Source of the DNA: Lama guanicoe
Taxonomy: Eukaryota
Length of the DNA stretch: 41,205 nt
Assembly: GCA_013239625.1 (NCBI GenBank)
Contig: MU053823.1
Coordinates: 459,698-500,902 of the forward strand
Direction of reading: 5' to 3'
Positions 1 through 11,852 of the stretch are shown piece after piece (the first letter of the stretch is position 1; each line of letters starts with the position of its first letter). Below the pieces are notes generated by a model. It saw only the letters and a program-made list of their open reading frames with translations. It had not been told where the DNA came from and searched no databases. A program made the translations under genes and the position numbers.

Positions 1-597
1 CCTACAAAATCTGGGGAGAGCAAGAACATGTTTCCTGTTGATTTCATAAACACAGAATCCTGGCAAGAACACTTCTAACTATTTACAAGGCAAGGAGAGT
101 TTAAGGAAGCCAAAAAGAGATAGCAAAGTGCCCTGGGGCTAGAATGGCTCAGGAGCCGTCCCATCTCTTGGCTGAGGGACCAGAAAAGGTGTGATTACCA
201 GAATCTGGAAGAGTTAGGTGTTGAAAGAGAGGGCCAGCTCAGGACAGAACTTGTCTGAAGTCACACGCCATCAGGGAGACAGGCACAAAGTCTGGCTGGC
301 TCAACGCATAACAAGCTATTCTAATCTTTGAACCATGATATCTACACAGTCCAAATAACCACCACTGAGTGTTAAAATCAAATAAATTCTGCCCCTAGAG
401 TTTTAAAGCTGTCATGTTCCATGAAATTTGGTTTCTTTTTCCTTCTAATTTAAATCCCATGGGGGCTTCATGTACCCTTTATCATAGATGAGATCTGAGT
501 TGGAAATTAAGCCAAGAGGGGTAATTTATACTAAAATCAGTGAGCTACAGAAGTTTGCAAAGGCCTTCATAAAGATTGATGAAGTTGAACTAGTCTT

Positions 598-771
598 TTT
601 TTTTAACATTTTTTATTGACTTATAATCATTTTACAATGTTGTGTCAAATTCCAGTGTTCAGCACAATTTTTCAGTCATTCATGGACATATACACATTCA
701 TTGTCAGATTTTTTTCTCTGTGAGTTATCATAACATTTTGTGTATATTTCCCTGTGCTATACAGTGTAATC
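598..771 (-). mobile_element. Young 5'-truncated L1 3'-end insertion
   Basis: Poly-T start; perfect 13-bp TSD TTGAACTAGTCTT (585-597, 772-784); closely similar element at 38833-38950. Confidence 0.85.
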
Positions 772-1854
772 TTGAACTAGTCTTAAAAACACAAAATCAG
801 TCAATGGTAAAATAAAATTAGAAGTAAACTATGGTGATCATATCTATGTGGAGTACAAATTCCAAGACATTTTTTTTCCCAAGAAGGTTTCAATGGCTAT
901 TCCTAATGAAATATTTTCACACTGGTTCACACAAAGATAAGAGTTCATAAGTATTTACTACAAAATAAATATGGCCAGTAACTTCACAGCAACGGAAAAG
1001 AGCTCGGAATTCCGTCCTGTGTCCCAGGATGATTCAGCCCTCCATAATTTTAATTTATTCAAGTCACTGCGAATCTTTCTTTGACACAACGCCAAGGGCT
1101 CTCATTCAGGCTCCTGTAGACATTGAGAATTCTGTTATAAAACAGTTACTCCAGATGATTGAGCATATGCTTATGTGAAAGGTTGTAATTTCTCTCTGAT
1201 AATATAAGAACCTCAGTTTGAGAAACACTGCCTTGGCCAGTTTTAGAGAATGTCCGTTCTCAGCAAGTATAGAGTCTCAGTGAAGCTAAAGGACTGTCAT
1301 GAAGACTGGAAATGTGAATGGCATTCTTATTACTATATTGTGAAAAAATTCTATACTTTTTCATGGGCAGCTCAAAATTCATCACCCACGTCTGTACACG
1401 GATACACATACCAGTGTTCATTCACTCTGAGTTCTAGGATGAGGAGGTAGGTGTACAGGAAATGATTCAAGTGTGTTGGTTCCTTTGTCTCTGGCTCCTA
1501 TGGGGTAAATTATCTCTAGTAATTAGGCAATAAAAGAACGGCTGTCCAAGCACATGTAGACTCTTCTGTCTCAGAAAACTCATTTTGTACTTTAAAGCGG
1601 GTAACAGATCTTTCATGATGATGCTTAAAAATATTAGATCAGAAAACATGTCACACTAAGGTGCTGATTCCAGGTATAATGAAAGGACACGTTGCACTAA
1701 ACAGCAGAACAAGGATCCACACAGCACGTTACCTTCAGGGGATAGTCCTGAGTTGTAAAATCTGGAGGGAAATAAATCTGCTATGTAAGGAAAGTTGGGA
1801 GAAATGCTCGTTTTGTCATAAAGGACTGCTTCCCCTGTGGTGAGGCAGTATCAT

Positions 1855-2041
1855 GGCACGACAAGAAGCTTCAGCTCCGCAGGCCGAGTGGTTTAAGACT
1901 TGGGAGCTACGTGATCTCGGTCAAATTATTTGCACCTATGTTTCCCCATTTATAAAGTGGGTATGATAGTATTTACATAGTTGGGGCAATTGTTAAGATT
2001 AAATGAGTTCCCATATATACTCCACTTACAACAGTATCTGG

Positions 2042-2046
<5 letters not shown>
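1855..2046 (+). mobile_element. MIR SINE fragment followed by (TA)n at ~2048-2076
   Basis: gtttccccatttataaagtgggtatgatagta...ttgttaagattaaatgag...tctggcacat resembles the MIR core. Confidence 0.7.
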
Positions 2047-2081
<35 letters not shown>

Positions 2082-2312
2082 ATTTTTTTTTACTGTTTTT
2101 ATTATTTCTCCCCATTGAACCCAGTACATATTCTCGAGTACATATAAAACTCGATTGCGCTGTTTGTCTACAAGCCTGCCTCTACTAACTAGACTGAACC
2201 TTGTAGGTTTACCGAGAACCTGTGGTATATTTGGAAGAAAAACCACTTAATCTGTAACTTCAGAGCTGGGGGGGGGGAAAGTCAGGATTAGAGACATAGT
2301 TATGGAATCACA

Positions 2313-2540
2313 AATAATAATAACTACCATTTATTGAGTTCTTATTCTATTCCAAGCTGTTCTGAAGGCTTTACAGATACTATGTTATTTGACTCCTATA
2401 ACAACTCGATGATGCAAGTACTTTGTGATTCTTATTTTACAGCGGAGGACAGTGAAACACAAAAGGTGAAGAAATTTGCCCCAGGTCACGCAGCAGAGGT
2501 AACAGAGCAGGAGGTGGAGCAGTCGGGAGGTTCTTCTACC
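2313..2540 (-). mobile_element. MIR SINE
   Basis: taccatttattgag...attttacagcggaggacagtgaaacac...tttgccccaggtcacgcagc. Confidence 0.75.
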
Positions 2541-3643
2541 TAGCAGACACCACGTTATTATAGACTATTTACATGTTGCACATTGGGCTGACGTTCATCG
2601 GTACAACAGACTGCGGACAGGCTGCCTGACTGGTTGATGCCCTGTTCTGACTTAGCTGGTACTTGAATGATTCAGCTGTTTCTTTACTGTGATGATCAGT
2701 CTTGATTACAGGTGACAGTTTAAGATATGGAACTAGATGAGATGTCCTGGGAAGTGTGTTTATACAGTATGAGAATTCATGGGTATTCGAGCACCATGAA
2801 AGCCAAGACGGGGTCTGTTTTACTCATGGCTATATTCCCAGAATGGTTTTACTCAATCTATTGAATGAATGAACGAGAGGTGATAATGTTATGAAACACC
2901 AATGTTTCAGTGATGGACAAAGTAAGACACGCCTAAGAAGAAAACCGAGAAGCAAGAGGCCAGGAGACAATAGGTCATGGATGTCAAAGATTTCCAAGCA
3001 TAATGTAGTGAAACACACGAACGATGCGAATAGGTACAGGAAGATGAAGATTGAAGAGAGCCCACTGGTGTCCTTAGCAAAGCTTTTACAAAGGAGTTGA
3101 GGGGCAGAAGATGAGGAGATAGAATGAGAAGAGCTATTGTTTCAAGAAGAATGTGGCTGGGAAGAAATGGACACTTGAGAACAGCACATAATTGGAGAGT
3201 GGTGGGAGGGTTACCGGTTTTTATCCGGCAGCATTTTCATCAGTGACATTTTACAATTTCTGATAGATCTTTAGGAACTTACACATATTATTCTACAGTT
3301 TATCTAATAGAAGAAACATGCAAGAAAACCAAGAAAATTCTGGAAAAGAAGACGAACGATGGAGCTTGCCTCTTAGTTTCTTGACCTCCCCCTTTCTGTT
3401 TTTCTGCTAGAACTCAGCCAGACTCCCTTGGTCATTATTCTCAGCAATGGTATCAGTTGTAGCTACTTCTCTTTAAAAATAGTTAACCGGTCCTATATCT
3501 GACCATAATATACCATTCTTCAAGCTTGATTGTTTGAATACACCCGCTACAACTATTTAATGATCTTATCAAGATTTCCAGTTCATTGACCGCTTTGACT
3601 TTTCACAACCTACCAACCCTCTCCTCTCCTCATTCTCTTTCTT

Positions 3644-3796
3644 TTTTTTTTTCCTTTCTTTCCCCCCATCCCCGCCCCGGGGTGGGGATTTAATTGAGTT
3701 TGTTTATTCATTTTTTGATGGAAGTACTGGGGATTGAACCCAGGACCTCAAGCATGCTAAGCAGGTGCTCTACCACTGAGCTACACTCACTCCCTT
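3644..3796 (-). mobile_element. Camelid tRNA-derived SINE (Vic-1-like)
   Basis: A/B-box head (reverse complement of TAGCTCAGTGGTAGAGC...GGTTCAATCCCCAG); 14-bp TSD TCATTCTCTTTCTT (3630-3643, 3797-3810). Confidence 0.85.
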
Positions 3797-4082
3797 TCAT
3801 TCTCTTTCTTACCCAGCTCAGAGACTGACTTATCAGAGAAAAATTTTTGCCCTCATTCTTTTTACTGCTCCCATCTGCCAAAACCCTGAAACTGGCTAAC
3901 TGTCAGCCTTCTCCATACCAGCACCTTAGCTGCTCAGTGCAACGAGAAAATGCCACACAATAAGACAGACTAAAGACTATAAATTTATAACTAAATATAG
4001 TGAATCTACTTATTTCTCTTGTCAACTCACTCTCCCCACCTTGAGTGGAAGAGGATGGAGATGAGGAAATATATTTATACTT

Positions 4083-4485
4083 TGGTAGAGGGAAAAGTCT
4101 AAGCATTGTCAAATAACAAAAATAAAACAATCCAATAACCAGTTGGAGGCCCTTTACTCAAGGGAAAACAAACCGTGAATTGGAAGCATACAGTGCCTCA
4201 CATGCAGGGGAGAACTCTTCCCCAGGGATGTTTGGGCAAGAGCGAGTTTATGGAGTGTTACAGTAGCAACTTGGAAGCAGGGCATGCACGACGGGCCAGG
4301 AGGTCAAGGCTGTCCTTGTAAGGCTGGCAGGTCCTATTTTCTAGCCAAGAGAGAATCGTGACTGGTGTACATTAGGTTTCTGGGACAGTGAGGCATTTCC
4401 TGTTTAAGTGTGGACTGACTGAAGTTTGGTGGCTTGGGCCAGCCTCCATTTTTGTGGGTCCCTAAATTAGGTTCTGAACCTTAAC
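4083..4485 (-). mobile_element. Probable ERV LTR fragment
   Basis: LTR-like composition, ends ...ccttaaca; family not identified. Confidence 0.4.
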
Positions 4486-4494
4486 ACTGCTAGG

Positions 4495-5330
4495 AAGAGG
4501 TTTCCTGCACACACACCACCAAACAATGCTCAGGACACCAGCTTGGTGTCCTACAATTCAACTCAACTCTAACACTACCTACCTGGGGACAGCATAGGAT
4601 TCCACAGGTTAAGACTGCCTCCCACCCCCAACCCCACTGCTGGACTTCAGACACCAATTATAAGCTCAGATTATGTGCTTCTGACTAACTACACACTGAA
4701 GGTTCCAACAACCCCCTTCAACCTAGGATGCCAGTTGCCAAGTCCAGATTGTCACCTGGCTATAAATCAGAGGTTTCCACAACTCCCTCATCAGGTTTGA
4801 TTCACTAGAGCAGCTCAAAGAACTCAGAGAACCACTTTACTTACTGGATTGCCAGTTAATTATAAAGCATATAAATCAGGGGAAAATAACCAATAAAAGT
4901 GATGCATAAGGCAAGTTATGGGGAAAAGGCACAGAGTTGCCACGTTCTCTCAGCCCCATCCCTTCCCCGCATCTCCATGTGTTCATCAACCTGGAAGTTT
5001 TCTGAACCCTGTTCTTCTAGATTTTTATGGAGACCTTATTACACAGGCACAATTGATTAAGTCTTTGGCCATTGGCTCAACCTTCAGCCCCTCTCCTCCC
5101 CCAGAAAGTCCAAGGATATAGCTGAAAGTTTCAAACCTGGGGCTGTCTCCCCTGGCAACCAGCCCCCATCCCTAGATGACCCAGGGGCATTCCAAAAGTT
5201 ACTGCCTTAGCATAACAAAACACCTTTATCTCTCTCACCACTTAGGAAATTCCAAGGGTTTTGGAAGCTCAGTGCTAAAACCAGGACAAAGCCCAGCTAT
5301 ATATTTCTTATGATTATTCACAATATCCCA
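4495..5330 (-). mobile_element. MER21-like LTR
   Basis: acaccagcttggtgtcctacaattcaactcaactctaacact...ggaaattccaagggttttggaagctc...atatatttctta; reverse-similar to 6859-7680 and 20627-20990. Confidence 0.7.
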
Positions 5331-5429
5331 GTCCTGATATACAAATCATCTTTATCAGCATGCCACAGAAACTAGAAACCATATATTTGACCACATACAA
5401 TTTTAAATTTCTCTTAAGAAAAAAAGTCA

Positions 5430-6042
5430 CATTACCGAAACGAACTTGGGTCCACTTGCTGGTCACGCAGCAAATCCAATTTACTGACACCGGGTTGTGG
5501 TGAAGGACGGTACAGCGTTTACTGCAAGGCACCAAGGGAGGAGAATAGGCGACTCACACTCAGATGACTCGAACTCCCGGGTGGCTTTCAGGGAGCGATT
5601 TTTAAAGACGACATTTGGGGTGCGGGTGGCAGAGGGCATGACTTTCTTCTGATTGGTGGGTGGTGAGGTCACAGGGTGGTGTTTCAGGAATTTTAGTTAT
5701 CAACCTTCTGGTTCCAATCAGTCTGATGTCTACCTGCTAGTGACCTATCTGCTTGTAGTCACAAGGGGTCTTTTTCCTCAGAGCAAGTCAAAGATAGCGT
5801 CAGATTGTGATGTGTAGCCCTTGAGGGGGAATTGAACGCTTTATTGCTACACTATTGCTTCTTGACTGCTTTTCCTTATTTTCTGCATTCCCTCACTTCC
5901 CTAAGTAGTAACTTTTGGAGTCTGCTCTTTGTAAGTTTAGGGAGGCCTAGGAGACTAAAGCATTCTTCAACAAACAAGAATCCAGGGGACACAAGGAGGC
6001 TTTTGTACCCAGGAGAGTCCCGCAGGGTCCAGCTCAGTTTCA
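5430..6042 (-). mobile_element. Solo ERV1-type LTR
   Basis: Termini (ca)ttaccgaaac...cagtttca, same architecture as 19476-20058. Confidence 0.65.
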
Positions 6043-6162
6043 ATAAAGTCAAAAGACTGGGGAAAATGCATCTGAGAAAATTGAATGTTTCTCTAAGGGA
6101 CAAACCTCTCTTAAAATTAATAGAGGAGAGAAGGCAAACCAATAGAAAAACAGACGAAGGAT

Positions 6163-6710
6163 TATAGAGGAGCAAAACTTGCCACTCCTAAACGTCTCTT
6201 TAGCATGTGGGTTATTTCGAGGTGAACACAATCAAGGCCCAGGAGACACAGAAAGAAATTTTGACATTCCCCCTAACTACCTAAAAAAATTTAGACAGGA
6301 CCTGTTCCCAGAACAGAGCTACCTCCCAGAAGTATCTGCAAAGAAAATGGGCTGAGTGTGGTGAGGGAAACTGGGCAGAGATCAGAGTCCACTCTGTGTC
6401 CCATTGTCCCTGCCTGATCCAGCAAACCTCGGTTTACCATTTGCTTTTCCATCTTTGTGTGAATTGTCTTCCTCCTCTTTGAAGTCCCAAACCACTACCC
6501 TCAACATCCTGGTTTGTCTTTAGCTGAAGATGGTATTTACAGTGAGGACTTGAGCCATTTGGGTGAGTTACTCAGTTTTCCTGGATCTCTCCTTTGTGTA
6601 CGTGGTGTTAGACTTTTGATTTTCTCCTGTTATCTGTCTCATGTCAATTTAATTCTTAGATCAGCCAGAAGAACTTAGAAAAGAAGAGAACAATGTCTTC
6701 CTCTCCAACA
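6163..6710 (+). mobile_element. MER34/MER39-like solo LTR
   Basis: tatagaggagcaaaacttgcc...cttcctctccaaca; reverse-similar to 17902-18453. Confidence 0.7.
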
Positions 6711-6858
6711 GCGTAACACAATTTCCGGAAGAGCTGTAGACGGTCATTGCCAACACCCGCACACAAAATGCTGAACACCACAAGTTCAATAATTAGATAT
6801 TAGGGTACTAGTGTTGATCATCAGACTATCAAAGATTTAAGAGCTTGAGCATACCCAG

Positions 6859-7680
6859 TGTGACACTGTGATTTACAGTCAGAAATATATGCTTAGTCTT
6901 CATCCTGTTCCAGGCATGAAGTTCCTAAAACCTTTGGAATTTCCCAAGTGTTGAGCACAATAAAGATGTTTTTTGTTGTGTTAATGAGGTGCTTTTGGAA
7001 TCCTCCCAGATCACCTAAGGCTGAAGTCTTGTTGGCTGGAGGCGGGGTGGGGGGGGTTGGAAATCCACCCTGTGACTAGAAGGCTGGAACTTTCAGTTCA
7101 GCCCCTGACCTTGGGGGTAAAGAGCCTGGAGAAAATTGAGTTGAATCAACCAGCAGCCGATGATTTAGTCAGTCGGGCCTATGCAATGCCACCTTCGTAA
7201 AAAATTCCATGTCCCAGGAGGGTAGCTCACCCCAAAGTCCACCAGGACAGAAAGCTCCTGTGTTCAGGACCCTTCCAGGTCTCTTGCCCTAGGTATGTCT
7301 TTATCTGGCTGTTCATGTGTGTCCTTTAAAATCCTTTGTAACAAGCCAGCCATCTAGGACATAATTCTGTGAGTTGCTCTAGTCAATTAAGCAAACTCCA
7401 GGAGTGAATGGGGGGAACCTCAAATTTATGCCCAGTCGGTCAAAAGCAGAGGTAACAACCTGGACTTTCACTTGGTGTCCTGGGGGGCTAAGCCTCTAAT
7501 CTGGGGGGTCTGACATGAGACAGCGTCAGAATCGAGTTGAATTTGTGGGCTATCTGGTCATGTCCACCAAGGATCAGAGAACGGCTTGATGTGTGGAAAA
7601 CCCACGTATCTGGTATCAAAAGTGAAGGAGTGTGGTTAAAGCCATGTGAGAGTAAAGGAGAGACACACAGAGGTGTGTTC
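6859..7680 (+). mobile_element. MER21-like LTR
   Basis: tgtgacactgtgattt...agaaatatatg...cctaaaacctttggaatttccc...gtcagaatcgagttgaatt. Confidence 0.7.
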
Positions 7681-7958
7681 TTTCATGATCTAGTGTTGGC
7701 AAGGATGTGGGAAAACTGGAACTCTACTTTTTTCTTAGATCCATTCCGCTGGATCTCCACCCTCTTGCATCAAACTAGATAATTACCTCCTATTACCCTA
7801 GGATCTTTCTTCACTACCATCCAGGCAATATTTTTTTCTCTTCTCTTCTGTGTTGAATTACTTGTGCCTGGAATTCCAAACATTCTCCTTTTATGGTTTG
7901 GTTCCTCAGTCTAATGTAGCAAACCCTCCTGTGGCTTCCTGAGAAAGCCTGGGAAACC

Positions 7959-8027
7959 TTTTTTTTTTTTTTTTTTTTTTTTTTTCGACTTNNNNNNNNN
8001 NNNNNNTTTTTTTTTTTTTTTTTTTTG
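7959..8027. other. Assembly gap (15 N, 7992-8006) flanked by poly-T runs
   Basis: Seen directly. Confidence 0.99.
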
Positions 8028-9809
8028 ATACTCTGCATGTTGAAAATGTCTCCATCCCAATTAGCACCAGAGAGCTGGGCTGACTGCAGAAGTCAGTGGA
8101 GAAAAATTTTACCTTCAGAATCTTAAATGCACGGGTCAAATGCCTTCTAGATTTCAGTGCTGATCATGAAAAATCTGACAGTAATCTTTTTATCTTTTGC
8201 TTGTAACATTCCGCCCACCACCAGCTTTTAGGATTCTATTTTTAAAGCTATGTTTGAAATTTCACATGGATGACGGGCATTCGTGTGAGTTTTTTTTTAG
8301 CCAGAAAGCTGGACACTGGGTGTCTGCTCACATGCAGCCTGTAAAATCACATTTTCAGTTCTAAATTCTACGGAACTCAATCCAAGCAAACCAAACAGAA
8401 AATCTACAAGATATTGAAAAGGCTACAAAAAAGTATGTAGGGTCCTTTTGAAGTTAGCTTTTGAGAATGGAGTTAGATTTTTGATTGTGGTGGGTAACAA
8501 ATTACTTTTCTTCCCCCCATTATTTCACATGCCTGTGGCTCCCATTGCATTCAATGGGACGCTCCTTTTCTGGGTGCTGGAATTACCTTAAAGTTTCCCT
8601 TGTCTGTAATGGCAGAGGGATAACTTATAACTAGAGGGAGCACGATTAGAATGAAAGTGTTTGTCTATTAAAGAAATAAACTTTATTCCAGCCATTCAGA
8701 TGGTTGGTTAACTTCCTGATGTCCCTAAAACATGGACAGTGAGTACAGATTTCTTGACTCATCCTCATCCAGCTTCACCTGATATCTGAAAGTTTGCTTG
8801 GGCAGAACTTCAGCACCTGTAACAGACCTGCCACCTGTCAAACATCTGCAGCTTTTGTTAGTGTCTCAAATTCGTATCATTTCTGCAGGAAGTGGGTTTC
8901 CTTCCCAGGTTTCTCACAGATGTTGTCCGTTTCTCAAAGTGTGTTTCATGGAACTCTATTTTTACATGCATTTCAAATATATGTCTTTTTAAAGTATCTT
9001 CAGTTCTTAAGAAGTTGGGAAATTCTGCCAGAATCTCTGAAAAGTTCCTATTTTAAAAATGAATGCCCATAATAAATTTTTACGAGAGTCGAGTCAGCAC
9101 AGGACACAATTTAGCAACTGAAGGCTTGGAAGGTACTTTTTGATCTTGATCTTGATATTTATTTGATGAACTATCAGACAGATATTCACCATGTGTCTTA
9201 TGTCAGGGGATAACACTGCGATTGCACTAATAGTTCAGTCAAAATATAAGTTAATCCATCACCTTTCTTAGTTTTAAATCTTAATAACTCTTTTGACCAT
9301 GCTAATTTATCTCTAGATCCACCATCTTAGCCTGCCGTCACCTCTTGAACATCCTACAGTGGACGGAAGGGGGGGTCTGACAAGAGAGACATTCCTAGAC
9401 ATCTGTTTTTTTGTTTTGAGGGACCAAGTACACAGAATCAAGAATATTTAATTTTGAAAAATTGAGTTTGAGTTTCTTGTGCCTCTGGGAGAGAGACCAG
9501 ATGTTTTACAGGAAATCATCTCAGGAGGAAGGCCCAACTGAAGATGCAGATTCAAAGGTGTCAACGTACTGATGATAATGGAATATAGAGGTGTAGATTA
9601 GAATTCTTAGTGAAAAAAAAAACCCTGATTTTTAGTTCCACTCCTGCCATGGATTCGCCTATCTGATCCTGGCCAATTTGCATAATGGTTCCATTTCCCA
9701 GTTTCCTCCTTGTGGTGGACACAAACCCCGTTTCCTTTTCTTCCTGGACACACGGCTGGACTGTTTCTTAGCTTCACAGTTGGCATGGGGGCTACAACAC
9801 AACTTTCTG

Positions 9810-10265
9810 ACTGTTTTCATGTCTTGGCTATTGTAAATGCTGCAGTGGACGTGGAAGTGCATCTTTGAGATAATGATTTCATTTCATTCACATGTATAAG
9901 GATTGCTTTGGCTCTTCAGGGTCTTTTGTTGCTCCATATGAAATGAGGAGTGTCTTTTCATTGCTGTAAAAACTGCCACTGGAATCTCGATAAGGATTTC
10001 ATTGCATTTACAGGTGGCTTTGGGTAGTAGGGACCTCTTAACAATATTAATTCTTCCGATCCATGACCATGGGATATCGTTCCATTTTATTTTTGTCTTC
10101 TTCAATCTGTTTTGTCAATGCCTTATAGATTTCACCATACAGATCTTTCACCTCCATGGTTAAATTAATTTCTAAATATTTTATTATTTGATGCTATTGT
10201 AAATGGGATGGTTTTCTTTCCTTTCCAAATAATCCATCTTTAGTATATAGAAATGCAAACTGACA
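9810..10265 (-). mobile_element. Old L1 ORF2 fragment, internally deleted, abutting the APOBEC1 3' UTR
   Basis: ORF 9884..10105 [24 protein letters not shown] matches L1 ORF2 [23 protein letters not shown]; jumps at ~9898 to ORF2 C-terminal sequence (tttacaatagccaagacatg). Confidence 0.85.
10180..10185 (-). terminator. Candidate APOBEC1 poly(A) signal AATAAA, inside an L1 fragment
   Basis: First AATAAA I found on the minus strand after the stop codon (~165 nt downstream). Confidence 0.4.
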
Positions 10266-10350
10266 TTTTCTAGATTCTAATGGCATTCACTCTTTAGTGG
10301 GTCATCAATGCTGGTTCATGAAACAGTAGATACACAAGGAATTGTTCTGT

Positions 10351-10500
10351 TCATCTCCAAGTCACAGGAAGCTGTATCAACCCTGTAGCGAAAAGGATAT
10401 GGGGCGGAATCATTCGGTAATGGCAGTTTTGAAGTTCAAGTGTGAACAATGTAAGCCGATTCTGACGTTGTCTTGAAATCTTTAAACATGGAGGGAGACT
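10351..10500 (-). CDS. APOBEC1: APOBEC1 coding exon 5 (150 nt incl. TGA; SLPPCLKISRQRQNRLTLFTLELQNCHYRMIPPHILFATGLIQLPVTWR*)
   Basis: Translated by hand from the minus strand; acceptor ttccag|AGT; typical hydrophobic APOBEC1 C-terminus. Exon total 711 nt = 236 aa + stop, no disruptions. Confidence 0.96.
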   Translation of the reverse strand, partial: SLPPCLKISRQRQNRLTLFTLELQNCHYRMIPPHILFATGLIQLPVTWR

Positions 10501-10960
10501 CTGGAATTTAACAAAAAAAAAAGTTACAATAATATTTTTCTTAATACCACAAACATTTTAAAACATCACTTGGAAGATCACTGAACTACTTTCAAGGGAA
10601 TACAGACAGGACCCCTACATTTCTTCAACAGGATGACACACACCAGTAAGGGAAAGTAGAAGGCTGCAATTCTGTGTGGCCAGTGTGACTGGTCACAACA
10701 GCAGTGATAGTAATGATGATGAAATCTAATTACTGTGGAGCCCACCTACATCTTAGGCCAGTTTATCCATTCCTTTCTCCCTCTTATTTCCCACAAAGAG
10801 ATTGTCTTGTTCTCACCTCTTTTAAGATAAGTAAATAACTAAATCTCAGTGTAAGTGGCAAACTGATGGTGAGGAGAGTACATGTCAAAAGCATCAGTAA
10901 GAAGTTCGAAGAAGGATGCTTCTTTTTGCATCAGAATCTTTGCCCCTTCTGGGAACTTAC

Positions 10961-11079
10961 TAGATTTATGCAGTGGAGTTCCAGTGCATACAGCTTCATC
11001 CACAGAGGTGGGTATCTGGGCCAGTGAGCTTCTTTCCCAGGGGGGTAGTTGACGAAATTCCTCCAGCAGTAATCGTACG
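10961..11079 (-). CDS. APOBEC1: APOBEC1 coding exon 4 (119 nt; AYDYCWRNFVNYPPGKEAHWPRYPPLWMKLYALELHCINL)
   Basis: Within ORF 10931..11149; acceptor ccttag|CG, donor CTA|gtaagt; in frame with its neighbours. Confidence 0.97.
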
Positions 11080-11454
11080 CTAAGGGAAACACAGATCTTG
11101 GTTCATTCAACACATATAACAGAAAGTTAAAGAGAGCCCAGCTTAACAATACACCCTATCTAAATTCCTCTGGCCTGTCTGCGGCTGGTGATGGGTTAGA
11201 CTCTTCCAGAATCCCTAAAGGGAACACAGCAGTTCATCTGAAGATGGCTAGCGGCCACAGTGACAAAAATGGAGGACAGAGTCATCTCTTTGATACTTCC
11301 CTTGCTGTGAATTTCAGACCTGGTCCTTTGTTGGGCTATTCTGGACTTTCGTTTCTGATACTTGCAGTCTGGGAGAATCAGTCTCCTGGCCCAGAAACAC
11401 ACCACCACCACAGCCTCTCATCAACACTTAAGACTCTTGGTTTACTGTTTTCAC

Positions 11455-11852
11455 CTGCGGCTCCCATAATCTGGACAGCCACACCCCTGGTGAAGAGGTC
11501 TCTGAGTCCTCGCCGGTTCTGCGGGTCCGTGTGCTGGAAAAGCCGTGCTACGTGAATCACCAGAGTCACACTCGGGTGTTGGTCCAAAAATTCTCCAATC
11601 GCCTGGGAGCATTTCCAGCAGGGACTCCAGGACAAGAACCAGGTGATGGAACAGCTGACCGATGGGGGAAAATGTCTTTCTGAAGTGAATTTTTCTATAA
11701 AATTGTGTTCCACGTGCTTGGTGGTGTTTTTGCTGGAATGTCGCCAGATGCCACGGTTGCTGCCCCACCGGATTTCATAGAGCAGACAGGCCTCTTTCCG
11801 GAGTTCTCGGGGGTCAAAGAAGGCTTCAAATTCCCAGGGTTCAATTCTTCTC
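11455..11852 (-). CDS. APOBEC1: APOBEC1 coding exon 3 (398 nt), zinc-dependent cytidine deaminase core
   Basis: ORF 11378..11938 contains RRIEPWEFEAFFDPRELRKEACLLYEI, HVE and SWSPCWKC (HxE...PCxxC); acceptor tttcag|GAG at 11852, donor GCAG|gtgaaa at 11455. Confidence 0.98.

Noticed and set aside
1..10350. AICDA, DPPA3 or GDF3 exon 1 within the window
   Set aside because: No matching coding sequence seen here or elsewhere in the window; expected outside it by synteny only.
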